The position numbers were made by a program, and so were the translations under genes. This document shows positions 1 to 8,717 of a stretch of 64,000 nt of DNA, piece by piece. The stretch is from NCBI GenBank assembly GCA_044220975.1, contig JBGAPZ010000019.1, positions 2,138 to 66,137 of the forward strand. The letters run 5' to 3'. The first letter of the stretch is position 1, and each line of letters begins with the position of its first letter. The stretch comes from Micropepsaceae bacterium. GTDB lineage: Bacteria; Pseudomonadota; Alphaproteobacteria; Micropepsales; Micropepsaceae. The notes under the pieces are model-generated. The model had not been told where the DNA came from. It did not search any database and saw nothing but the letters and a program-made list of their open reading frames with translations.

Positions 1-426
1 TTTCCAGGTAAGATGTTTGAGGGGAAAGTGACGTTCGTCTATCCCGAAGTCTCGATGACGACGCGCACCGCGAAAGTGCGCATCGAGCTTGCGAACCCCG
101 ACGGCCAACTCTTGCCCGGCATGTTTGCCTCCGTCGAGGTCGTGAGCCGATCCAGCCAACCTGTTGTGACTGTGCCCGACAGCGCCGTGATCGACTCGGG
201 CTCGCGTCAAGTCGTGCTCATCGCGCGGGGCGAAGGGCGATTCGAGCCGCGAGCGGTCACCGCCGGCCGCCGCGCCAACGGCATGGTCGAGATCGCATCC
301 GGTCTCGACGGCAGCGAGGAGGTCGTGACCTCCGCGACGTTCCTGATCGACGCCGAAAGCAATTTGCGCGCGGCGCTGCAGAGCTTCACGGCGGGCGATG
401 CGTCGGCCAAGGAGAAAACCCAATGA
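1..426 (+). CDS. C-terminal part of an RND heavy-metal efflux periplasmic adaptor (membrane fusion protein, CusB/CzcB-like); 5' end is outside the window
   Basis: The frame is open from base 1. The segment VTFVYPEVSMTTRTAKVRIELANPDGQLLPGMFASVEV is typical of metal-efflux MFPs. Its stop overlaps the next start (ATGA at 423-426). Confidence 0.7.
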   Translation, partial: FPGKMFEGKVTFVYPEVSMTTRTAKVRIELANPDGQLLPGMFASVEVVSRSSQPVVTVPDSAVIDSGSRQVVLIARGEGRFEPRAVTAGRRANGMVEIASGLDGSEEVVTSATFLIDAESNLRAALQSFTAGDASAKEKTQ

Positions 427-3400
427 TCGCCGCCATCATCCGTTGGTCGGCGAGCAATCTCCTGCTCGTGCTTATCGCGACTGCATTGGCGACGTTTGCG
501 GGCGTCTATGCGCTTGTGACGACGCCAGTCGATGCGATACCCGATCTCTCAGACACCCAGGTTATCATCTACACGGAATATGGAGGCCAAGCGCCGCAGG
601 TGATCGAGGATCAAGTCACCTATCCGCTCACGACCGCAATGCTGAGCGTGCCGCGCTCGCGCGCGGTGCGCGGGTTCTCGTATTTCGGGGTCAGCTTTGT
701 CTATGTGATCTTCGAGGACGGAACCGATCTCTATTGGGCCAGGAGCCGCGTGCTCGAATATCTGAATGCGGCCGCCCGCCGTTTGCCTGCGGGTGTCACG
801 CCCACCCTTGGACCGGACGCGACCGGCGTCGGCTGGGTCTATCAATACGCGATTGAGCATCCGACTCTGAACCTAGCCGAAACACGTACGTTGCAGGACT
901 GGTACGTTCGCTTCGCGGCCGCGAAAGCCTCGGGCGTCGCTGAGGTGTCGAGCGTCGGCGGCCTCGTTAAGCAGTATAACGTCGTTGTCGATCCGAAGCG
1001 GCTGCTTGCCCTCGGTTTGACACTCGATGACGTGCGCAAGGCCATCGCCGGATCGAACCGCGACGTCGGCGGGCGTGTCGTCGAACTCAGTGAAACCGAA
1101 CACGCCGTGCGCGGCCGCGGTTACCTGAAGAGTGCCGCTGACATCGAGGGCATCGCTCTAAAATCGATGGGCGGCGTGCCAGTGACGGTGAAAGACGTGG
1201 CGCGGGTGGAAATCGGCCCCGACGAGCGGCGTGGTGTCGCTGAACTGAACGGCGACGGCGAAGTCACCGCGGGTATTGTTGCCCAGCGGCAAGGCGCGAA
1301 CACGGTCGACGTGATCGATGCGGCGAAGAAATCGCTGAATACTCTGCTGCCGAGCCTTCCCGCAGGGACGCGAATTGTGCCGGTCTACGACCGCTCGGAC
1401 CTGATTGCGCGCGCCATCGCAACGCTCGAACGCACGCTGACCGAAGAAAGCATCATCGTCGCACTCGTCTGTATCGTCTTCCTGCTGCACGTGCGCAGCG
1501 CGCTGGTCGCGATTGTCATGTTGCCCGTGGGCGTGCTGCTCGCGTTCGCCGGCATGAAGGCGTTGGGCCTCAGTTCCAACATCATGAGCCTCGGCGGCAT
1601 CGCGATTGCGATCGGGGCGATGATCGATGCGGCCATCGTGATGATCGAGAACGCACACAAGCACATTGAACGGCTGAAGCCTGGTGAGGCGCGAACCCAG
1701 GCGATCATCGACGCCGCTGTCGAGGTCGGCCCCTCGCTGTTCTTCAGCCTGCTCATCATCACGGTCTCGTTCCTGCCGATCTTCGCGCTCGAAGCGCAGG
1801 AAGGCCGCCTATTCCACCCGCTTGCGTTCACGAAGACGTTCGCAATGGCGGCGGCCGCCTTGCTGTCGGTCACGCTCGTGCCTGCGCTGATGGTGCTGTC
1901 CATCAAGGGGAGAATTCGCAGCGAGGCGGAGAACCCGATCAACCGCTTCCTAATAGCGCTCTATCGCCCGATGATCCAGGCCGTGCTGAACGCGCGCGTC
2001 TTGACCGTCGGGATCGCGGCTTTGGTGCTTGCAGTGTCGATCTGGCCGCTCATGCGCATCGGCTCCGAATTCATGCCGACGCTGAACGAAGGCACGCTGT
2101 TCTACATGCCAACGACGTTGCCAGGCCTCTCCGTCACGAAGGCGGCCGAACTCGTGCAGACGCAAAACAAGATCATCAAGGCGTTTCCAGAAGTCGCCTC
2201 CGTCTTCGGCAAGGCGGGCCGCGCGCAGACCGCGACCGATCCCGCGCCGCTCGAAATGTTCGAAACCGTCGTCAACTTGAAACCGGAAAGCGAATGGCGG
2301 CCCGGGATGACGACAGACAAGCTGATCGCTGAAATGGACGCGAGCTTACAGTTTCCCGGCGTCTCGAACGCATGGACAATGCCGATCAAGGCGCGCATCG
2401 ATATGCTCTCGACCGGCATTCGCACGCCCGTGGGCGTCAAAGTGATCGGCCGCTCGCTCGGCGAGATCGAGACGGCGGCGCGCGAGATCGAGCGCGTGCT
2501 GCGCAAGGTGCCGGGCACCGCGAGCGCCTTCTCCGAACGCATCGGCGGGGGCTACTACCTGACGATCGAACCCGACCGGCGCGAACTCGCGCGCTATGGC
2601 CTCAGTGTAGATCAGGTGCAGGACACAATTGCGATGGCGCTCGGCGGTGAGACGGTGACTACCACCGTCGAGGGCCGCGAGCGTTACGGCGTCAACATTC
2701 GCTATCCGCGCGACATGCGGTCGGACCCGCAAACGATCGCCCGCCAGGTGATCGTGCCGATGGCCTCGGGCGGCGGCGTGCCGCTCGGCCAGGTCGCGAA
2801 AATCAAGCTCGAACAAGGCCCTTCGACGATACGCACGGAGGATGCGCAGCTCGCGGCCTATGTCTTCGTGGACGTGCGCGACCGCGACCTCGGTGGCTAT
2901 GTCGCCGACGCGCGAGCCGCCGTCGCGCGCGAGGTGAAGTTTCCGGCCGGCGTTTATCCCATTTGGAGCGGCCAGTTCGAGTATCTCGAACGTGCGGAGG
3001 CAAAGCTAATGATCGTCGTGCCGGTCACGCTGCTCATCATCTTCTTGCTGCTTTACCTCAACTTCGGCCGGCTCACGGAAACGCTGATCGTCATGGCCTC
3101 GGTGCCGTTCGCGCTGGTGGGCGGGTTGTGGCTGATGTATGCGCTGGGCTTCAATTTCAGCGTCGCGGTTGCGGTCGGCTTCATCGCGCTTGCGGGTGTC
3201 GCCGCTGAAACCGGCGTTGTGATGCTGATCTACCTCGATCACGCGCTCAAGGTCCATCGCGAGAGCGCGGCGGGGGAGGGCCGTACCCTGACGCTTGCGG
3301 ACGTCAATGCCGCCGTGATGGAAGGCGCCGTCGAACGTGTGCGCCCGAAGCTGATGACGGTCGCGGCAATCATGGCAGGCTTGCTTCCGATCATGTGGTC

Positions 3401-3569
3401 AATAGGCGCCGGCTCCGAGATCATGCAGCGCATTGCCGTTCCGATGATCGGCGGCATGGTCTCGTCGACCGTGCTGACGCTGATCGTGATTCCCGCGATC
3501 TATTCGCTGGTCAAGGGCGCCAGAGCAGGGCGCAGCGCGGCACTGGCGACCGGCGCCCGGCACGCCTGA
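423..3569 (+). CDS. cusA: CusA/CzcA-family heavy-metal efflux RND inner-membrane transporter
   Basis: 1048-aa ORF with the RND 12-TM architecture and sequence characteristic of the HME-RND family. It is translationally coupled to the upstream adaptor. Confidence 0.9.
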   Translation: MIAAIIRWSASNLLLVLIATALATFAGVYALVTTPVDAIPDLSDTQVIIYTEYGGQAPQVIEDQVTYPLTTAMLSVPRSRAVRGFSYFGVSFVYVIFEDGTDLYWARSRVLEYLNAAARRLPAGVTPTLGPDATGVGWVYQYAIEHPTLNLAETRTLQDWYVRFAAAKASGVAEVSSVGGLVKQYNVVVDPKRLLALGLTLDDVRKAIAGSNRDVGGRVVELSETEHAVRGRGYLKSAADIEGIALKSMGGVPVTVKDVARVEIGPDERRGVAELNGDGEVTAGIVAQRQGANTVDVIDAAKKSLNTLLPSLPAGTRIVPVYDRSDLIARAIATLERTLTEESIIVALVCIVFLLHVRSALVAIVMLPVGVLLAFAGMKALGLSSNIMSLGGIAIAIGAMIDAAIVMIENAHKHIERLKPGEARTQAIIDAAVEVGPSLFFSLLIITVSFLPIFALEAQEGRLFHPLAFTKTFAMAAAALLSVTLVPALMVLSIKGRIRSEAENPINRFLIALYRPMIQAVLNARVLTVGIAALVLAVSIWPLMRIGSEFMPTLNEGTLFYMPTTLPGLSVTKAAELVQTQNKIIKAFPEVASVFGKAGRAQTATDPAPLEMFETVVNLKPESEWRPGMTTDKLIAEMDASLQFPGVSNAWTMPIKARIDMLSTGIRTPVGVKVIGRSLGEIETAAREIERVLRKVPGTASAFSERIGGGYYLTIEPDRRELARYGLSVDQVQDTIAMALGGETVTTTVEGRERYGVNIRYPRDMRSDPQTIARQVIVPMASGGGVPLGQVAKIKLEQGPSTIRTEDAQLAAYVFVDVRDRDLGGYVADARAAVAREVKFPAGVYPIWSGQFEYLERAEAKLMIVVPVTLLIIFLLLYLNFGRLTETLIVMASVPFALVGGLWLMYALGFNFSVAVAVGFIALAGVAAETGVVMLIYLDHALKVHRESAAGEGRTLTLADVNAAVMEGAVERVRPKLMTVAAIMAGLLPIMWSIGAGSEIMQRIAVPMIGGMVSSTVLTLIVIPAIYSLVKGARAGRSAALATGARHA

Positions 3570-3666
3570 TGTAATTTCTGGAGAAACACGAACCACGCGT
3601 CGGCAATTCAGAAAGCACGACGTGAACGACAACACAATCACTCGGCGTATCTAGGAAGGCCTACAC

Positions 3667-3880
3667 GTGAACATTGGTCAAGCCGCAAGGGCATCTGGTG
3701 TCTCGGCCAAGATGATCCGCTACTACGAATCAATCGGGCTCGTACCGCCGGCTCGGCGGACGAAGGGCAACTACCGCAACTACGGAACCGCCGACATTGA
3801 GCGGCTCTCCTTTATCCGCAGAGCAATAGATCTGGGCTTTCCTCCCGCTCGCGTCCGTGAGTTGCTCGTGTTGTGGAGCA
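3667..3880 (+). pseudogene. Truncated MerR/CueR-family regulator; only the N-terminal HTH domain (about 70 aa) is retained
   Basis: [58 protein letters not shown]... matches the MerR-family wing-helix up to ..ELLVLW. After that the ORF (to 4059) runs antisense through the aquaporin gene, with no dimerisation helix and no C-terminal Cys metal-binding motif. Confidence 0.6.
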
Positions 3881-3924
3881 GATCAAGACGTTGCGTGGGC
3901 TTGCGCGTTCGTGACCGGAACGCG

Positions 3925-4590
3925 TCACGTCCGCTTTTCGCCTACCAGTACGCTCGCAACACCGATCGAGAGAGCAAGGCCAACGGTCTGCGCCAGCATG
4001 AAGCCCGGAACCGACGATGGCGCTATCCCCGCGAATGTATCGGTCAAGGATCGCGCTAACGTCACAGCGGGGTTGGCGAACGAAGTGGAGGAAGTGAACC
4101 AATAGGCCCCGACGATGTAGGCGGCGACGGCAAACGGGATGCGTTCTGGGTGTGATCGCGCGACACCCCAGATCGTCAATAGCAAGCCGAATGTTGCAAC
4201 AGCCTCGCCGATCTGCTCACCCGGCGTCGAACGTTCGTGCGCCGAAACCTGCAGCGGCGGCTGTGCGAACATCGCGTGTGCCAACAGTACACCGGTGACC
4301 GCGCCTGTGACCTGCGCTGCGACATAGGGCAGGGCGGTTTGCCAGGCCGTACGTCCCTGCACGCACTCGAAGGCGGTGACGACAGGGTTGAAATGCGCGC
4401 CGGAGATAGGCCCGAGCGCTGCGATCAAGGCGACGAGCACGCCACCGGTCGCGATCGAGTTTGCAAGTAGCGCGATCGCATCGTTTCCGGCTGATAGTTT
4501 TGCGCCCATGATGCCGGAGCCGACCACGGCAGCGAGAAGCATCGTGGTGCCGACGAACTCAGCGAGAGCGGCGCGCATGAGTTGGGCCAT
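3925..4590 (-). CDS. aqpS: MIP/aquaporin-family channel, AqpS-like (arsenite channel by context)
   Basis: 221-aa, 6-TM protein with two NPx boxes (HFNPVVT and ANPAVT). It is the last gene of an arsR-arsI-arsC cluster. Confidence 0.8.
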   Translation of the reverse strand: MAQLMRAALAEFVGTTMLLAAVVGSGIMGAKLSAGNDAIALLANSIATGGVLVALIAALGPISGAHFNPVVTAFECVQGRTAWQTALPYVAAQVTGAVTGVLLAHAMFAQPPLQVSAHERSTPGEQIGEAVATFGLLLTIWGVARSHPERIPFAVAAYIVGAYWFTSSTSFANPAVTLARSLTDTFAGIAPSSVPGFMLAQTVGLALSIGVASVLVGEKRT

Positions 4591-4594
4591 AATT

Positions 4595-5065
4595 TCAGTG
4601 CGGTCCTAACTCGGCAACGAGCCGCCGTAGCGCAGCGGAATCCAGCGTATCAATCGGCAAGGCAACAAGCCGGTCGGCGACTTCTCGGATTGAAGCAAAG
4701 ACCGCCTCAAACTCTGCCGAGTCCTGGGGATCAGGGAAGCTCCAATGCGCCTTCAACGGTGCCGCCGGCCAAATGGGGCAAGATTCTGCGGCGGCATTGT
4801 CACAGACAGTGACCACGAGTTGCATTTGCGGCGCCGAAGCGCTCGCGAACTCATCCCAGCTCTTCGAGCGGACGCCATCCGCCGAGATGCCATGCGTTCG
4901 CAAGGTCGCGAGCGCCAACGGGTTGACTTGACCCTTGGGCGAGCTTCCAGCGCTGAACGCCCGAAACCTCCCTTGTCCCACGTGGTTCAAGTAGCACTCG
5001 GCCAAGATCGAGCGGGCCGAGTTGCCGGTGCAGAGGAAAAGCACGTTGAAGGGCTGCTCCGTCAC
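4595..5065 (-). CDS. arsC: Arsenate reductase, LMW-PTPase (thioredoxin-coupled) type
   Basis: P-loop LCTGNSARS (CX5R) plus the downstream Cys pair VCDNAAAESC. It sits in ars context. Confidence 0.9.
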   Translation of the reverse strand: MTEQPFNVLFLCTGNSARSILAECYLNHVGQGRFRAFSAGSSPKGQVNPLALATLRTHGISADGVRSKSWDEFASASAPQMQLVVTVCDNAAAESCPIWPAAPLKAHWSFPDPQDSAEFEAVFASIREVADRLVALPIDTLDSAALRRLVAELGPH

Positions 5066-5544
5066 GCGCAGCAGCCGCTGACTTTGGCGTTTTGCGGAGC
5101 GGGTTCACACGTCCCGGCCGTGCCGCAGCATGCCGCGCCGGACGCCACCTCTGCGACTGGTGCGTCCTCGCCGTATGTCGTGGCATCGCCGAAGGTGTAG
5201 AACGTTTCCCAACGCACACCGGCGGGGTCGTTGACCCAGGTCTTGTCGCCCATCGCGTAGCAACAGCTGACCGCCACTTCGTCGAGTGTCTTTTCGCCCG
5301 CCGCTTTCAGGCGGCAGGCCAACTCGTTGAGCTCGGCGCGCGAGTCGACTTGAACGCCGATGTGATCGACGCCAGGCGCACGCGATCCACGCGCGGAGAT
5401 CGCGAAGTTCACGTGGGGGTCTTCGAGCATCCACTTCGCGTAGTCGAGCTTTACCTTGACCGGCTCCGCGCCGAACAGCGTTGAATAGAACCGGATCGAT
5501 TCATCCAAGTTAGGCACGGCGACGTGGACGTGTAGACGTTTCAT
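5062..5544 (-). CDS. arsI: ArsI-like glyoxalase/dioxygenase-fold protein (organoarsenical C-As lyase family)
   Basis: MKRLHVHVAVPNLDESIRFYSTLFGAEPVKVKLDYAKW... carries the vicinal Cys pair in SCCYAMGDKTW and a Cys-rich C-terminal tail. A strong RBS (AAGGAG) lies 7 nt upstream. Confidence 0.8.
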   Translation of the reverse strand: MKRLHVHVAVPNLDESIRFYSTLFGAEPVKVKLDYAKWMLEDPHVNFAISARGSRAPGVDHIGVQVDSRAELNELACRLKAAGEKTLDEVAVSCCYAMGDKTWVNDPAGVRWETFYTFGDATTYGEDAPVAEVASGAACCGTAGTCEPAPQNAKVSGCCA

Positions 5545-5881
5545 GGGCCTTCTCCTTTGCCTTTTTCATCGGTGCGCAGCTTGCCGGGGCACAACCGGCA
5601 CCCGCGCAGCAGTTTTCGGTGAGGAATTCGATCACGCCGTTCATCGTGTCGTACGCCGCGACGTAGATCAGCGAGCGGCCTTGACGGGTGACCGTTACAA
5701 GCCCTGTGCGCTTCAGTTGCGCGAGGTGGAACGAAAGCGTGGGCGCCGGGATGTCGAGCGTTTCGCTGATCGAGGTCGGGGTGAGACCGGGTGGTCCCGC
5801 CTGAACCAACGAACGGAACACGGCCAGCCGATGTTCCTGCGCGAGCGCTTCAAGGGCGGCAATGATCTTGTTAGATTCCAT
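5510..5881 (-). CDS. arsR: ArsR/SmtB-family metalloregulator with a C-terminal Cys cluster
   Basis: It has a winged HTH (TLSFHLAQLKRTGLV). The helix-3 position has no Cys, but the C-terminus carries ENCCAGAGC, as I recall for the Acidithiobacillus-type ArsR site. Its 3' end overlaps the arsI start by 35 nt. Confidence 0.9.
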   Translation of the reverse strand: MESNKIIAALEALAQEHRLAVFRSLVQAGPPGLTPTSISETLDIPAPTLSFHLAQLKRTGLVTVTRQGRSLIYVAAYDTMNGVIEFLTENCCAGAGCAPASCAPMKKAKEKAHETSTRPRRRA

Positions 5882-5897
5882 AATTCCATAAATATCG

Positions 5898-5907
5898 AAT
5901 TATAATT
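5898..5907. promoter_or_regulatory. AT-rich 10-bp perfect palindrome AATTATAATT just upstream of arsR; candidate promoter/operator
   Basis: Perfect palindrome 17 nt upstream of the arsR start, in an otherwise GC-rich genome. There is no experimental or comparative support. Confidence 0.3.
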
Positions 5908-6095
5908 GCGATTGTCAAGAGATGTGCGATCGATCTCCGAAGGAACCAGCCCGGATGAGGTGGAACTGGAGAAATCCGTCGTATCCGCATGCGAGATTGC
6001 TGAGGACGGGGCCATCGGTTGAGTAACAAAAACAGCCGCGCATTGCGGCGGGGAGGGACTATCGTTGTCGAGCAACCGTCAAATAATGGTGCTCA

Positions 6096-6645
6096 ATGGT
6101 AAGGCACGCCGAGACAGGGGAAGTAAGTAAGCCATCAGCGACCTCATCCGCGCCGACTCGACGTCGACCAAGGCGGCGGCGACGTCCCTCGCGCGAGGAG
6201 TTCACCGGCTACCTCGTTCGTGTGACGGACTGGCATTATCACTACTCCTTCCGCGCGACTGATCCCAAAAGCCCGCGCGACTGATCCCAAAAGCCGTTGG
6301 GACCCTGGGCCCTACCACGAGTTGTCTCATGTTGCGTTTAAGGGCGATATCGTCCTTCCTGAGAAGACAACGTTCACACGCGCCACGGTCACTTTCAGCG
6401 GCCGGAGCGGACTAATGACGCAGAGCCAAACGGAGAAAGATCGCTCAATTGGCTCCGTCACCGCGTCGGCAGACGAGTTGATGGCCTATGTTTTCGCGCC
6501 TATGGAAAGGATAGCGGAACTCGTAATCGCGGCGCAGTCGGGTCGCGTCCAGATCGTTCACTTCACGGCGACCCGGTTGCGCTACCGCATTGGTCTTGTC
6601 GTGAGCATTTCGATCGACACACGATTCGACGATGCAGAGTGGTGA
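6096..6645 (+). pseudogene. Hypothetical protein gene split into two ORFs (6096..6284 and 6322..6645) by a 22-bp tandem duplication
   Basis: Removing one 22-bp copy puts the two ORFs in one frame with no stop: ...FRATDPKS-RWDPGPYHELSHVAFKGD... I did not recognise any family. Confidence 0.45.
6251..6294. repeat. Perfect tandem direct duplication, 2 x 22 bp (CCGCGCGACTGATCCCAAAAGC)
   Basis: 6251-6272 and 6273-6294 are identical when read directly from the sequence. Confidence 0.95.
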
Positions 6646-6675
6646 CCTGCCGCTTGCTGGCGATGGGTGGTCGTA

Positions 6676-6844
6676 TTCCCTGTTTTGGAAATAGCTTTCC
6701 CTGCTCCGCCTGTTAGCGTTCCCTGTTCCTCTCGCAGGGAATTCGGAGATCAAACGGCGCAATCCTAAGGCGAAGCGGTGCTCTCGACCCCCAATTCCTG
6801 GACGACGAGCGCGAATTCGCTGTAAAATGGGGTGTATCAGGGAA
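6676..6844. repeat. Cluster of five TTCCCTG/CAGGGAA heptamers in a non-coding stretch
   Basis: Direct copies at 6676, 6697 and 6719 (spacing 21 and 22 bp). Inverted copies at 6735 and 6838. Copies 3 and 4 form a 7-bp stem with a 9-nt loop. Confidence 0.6.
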
Positions 6845-6942
6845 TTTGGCGAGAGAAATGCGCAGAGCTACAGTTCGTGCGCACTGCGCACTGCGCCATT
6901 CTCTCTCTTCGATCGCGGCAGTCGGCCGATCAAGCGTCAGGC

Positions 6943-7149
6943 TTACCGGAATTGTTCATCCGTGTCGTAGTTGGGCGGCGTGCGGAGCAGCACCGCCACG
7001 CTGATCGCAGCAACGATTGCTCCGAAATTCAGTGACGCCATTATGACGGTGTAAACAATGGTTTGTGGCGGCATCCCTATGATCGCAGCCGACATCGCGA
7101 AGCAAACGCAAATTGTCAGCCAGAGTGCTGCACCCGCGAACGCCACCAT
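6943..7149 (-). CDS. Small hypothetical membrane protein (two predicted TM helices)
   Basis: 68-aa hydrophobic ORF in an AT-richer region. No recognisable family, so coding status is uncertain. Confidence 0.3.
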   Translation of the reverse strand: MVAFAGAALWLTICVCFAMSAAIIGMPPQTIVYTVIMASLNFGAIVAAISVAVLLRTPPNYDTDEQFR

Positions 7150-7288
7150 GGTTTGGTCTCCAAACTCGCCCTGTGTGTGAAAACGTGCTGACCCGGGGTT
7201 TTGTTCCGGACAATTTCGCTAGGGGAACCGGGTGCTCGCGCGGGCGTTATGTGTCCGCCGGATTAAACGGCTGAAAGGCAGGCGTCTC

Positions 7289-7453
7289 ATGCTGCAATGG
7301 GCATTGATCTTCTTGGTCGTCGCTATCGTCGCCGGCGTCCTTGGATTTGGCGGTGTCGTCGTGATTTCGGTCGAAATTGCACGATTGCTGTTCTTCATCT
7401 TTTTGGTGCTGTTCTTGATTAGTTTGCTCGCAGGGGTCGTGCGGCGAACGTGA
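7289..7453 (+). CDS. UPF0391/DUF1328-family small membrane protein (YtjA-like)
   Basis: MLQWALIFLVVAIVAGVLGFGG... is the characteristic N-terminus of this family. I chose the ATG at 7289 over the ORF-track start at 7232. Confidence 0.75.
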   Translation: MLQWALIFLVVAIVAGVLGFGGVVVISVEIARLLFFIFLVLFLISLLAGVVRRT

Positions 7454-7459
7454 ATTGTC

Positions 7460-7481
7460 GCGGCGCCCGCAAGGGCGCCGC
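7460..7481 (+). terminator. GC-rich hairpin (9-bp stem, GCAA loop) directly after the DUF1328 gene
   Basis: GCGGCGCCC-gcaa-GGGCGCCGC, 7 nt after the stop codon. There is no clear U-tract. Confidence 0.45.
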
Positions 7482-7526
7482 AATCGCATGCGGACCGCAG
7501 GGGGACTGCCCGTGGCGAAGCTTACG

Positions 7527-8707
7527 ATGACAAGAACAATTCGCCTGTTCGCCACATTGGGCGATCACGATGCTGGTGTCGGCGTGTGTCACGCCAAATG
7601 ACTTCGATACAGGCGGGTCGATCCGCGCAGTGAGGGCGAGTGTCGCCGAGTTGGCGGCGCCCCAAACGGTCTATTTCGCGACAACGCGCTGTAACGACAA
7701 GTTGGATGCCGGTCCGCCGGAGTCAGCTGACGAAATGTATGAAGCGCTGCTGGGACGCCGCGGTGAAGCAGGACGAAATGGTGCGTCTAACGTTCGGCTT
7801 GTCGGAAGGACCCGGAATAACCTGCGGTACTGTCGGCGTGACCGTCGAACCGCTCTCTGCGGCGCCTGAAGCCGAGACGAAAATCGATCAAGTGCCGCTC
7901 AGCCAAGACTGCACCAACAACTTCACGATGCTGCGCAAAGCGGTTCTGGCAACGTCATGCCGCTGTGCACTGATTTTCGTGCACGGGTACAACACAACAT
8001 TCGCGTTCGCGGCCAAGCGTATGGCGCAACTTCAGGCCGATCTGAAGTATGAAGGCCAGCCCATTCTATTCAGCTTCGGCGCTGCCGGCCGTTTGGAAGA
8101 TTACATTAACGACACCGAGGCCGGCGAGCTCGCGGCTCCAGCTTTGAGCCAGCTGATGATCGCGCTTGCAAATGCCGGTGCCACGATCGACGTTATCGCT
8201 CACAGCATGGGCGTGCGGATCGCACTTCGCGCGATGAGCGACACCAATGCCCCCAAACTGCGGTACGCGATCCTCGCGGCGCCGGATGTCGATCCTGCAG
8301 CCTTCCTACGCTTGACCGAAAAGGCGCTTCCACACACGCAGCGGCTCACGATTTACACTTCGAAGTTCGACGTCGCGATGGCGGCGTCTGCGGCCTATCA
8401 CAATGGACGCTCGCGCGTGGCTGAAGGGATGACGCCCAAGATCGCCGACAAGCTCTCGGGCGCAGAAATCATCGATGCGACGCAAAGGGCTACCGGTCCC
8501 TATGCGCATTCCTATTTCGCCGAATCGAAGGTGATGATCGAAGATATTCGCGGGGTTCTCGCGGGCAGGGCCGCGCCGGAGCGTAAGCCCTTAATCTGCA
8601 ATATCGCCGGTGCCAAATCCGTTGTTGCGTGCACCATGCCGTGTCCCGAAGGCGCCAAATGCGGCCCCACCTGGTACGCTCGCTTCGTGCACTGGCTGCT
8701 CGATTGA
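7527..8707 (+). pseudogene. DUF900-like alpha/beta hydrolase lipoprotein, reading frame broken twice near the 5' end
   Basis: The core is IFVHGYNTTF...AHSMG (frame of ORF 7640..8707). The preceding conserved piece TVYFATTR lies in the frame of ORF 7570..7869. The signal-peptide n/h-region MTRTIRLFATL lies in a third frame starting at 7527. Removing one G at 7558-7560 and one A at about 7776-7778 restores MTRTIRLFATLAITMLVSAC... as one ORF. Confidence 0.6.
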
Positions 8708-8717
8708 AAGGCCGACC

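Noticed and set aside
398-856. ORF 398..856 and other short ORFs overlapping cusA in alternative frames
   Set aside because: They lie entirely within the 1048-aa RND transporter gene, with Arg-rich shadow composition.
3880-4105. 3' continuation of the MerR-like ORF (to 4059) and ORF 3857..4105 as possible real coding sequence
   Set aside because: Both run antisense through the aquaporin gene and show no MerR-family C-terminal features. I treat them as fortuitous read-through.
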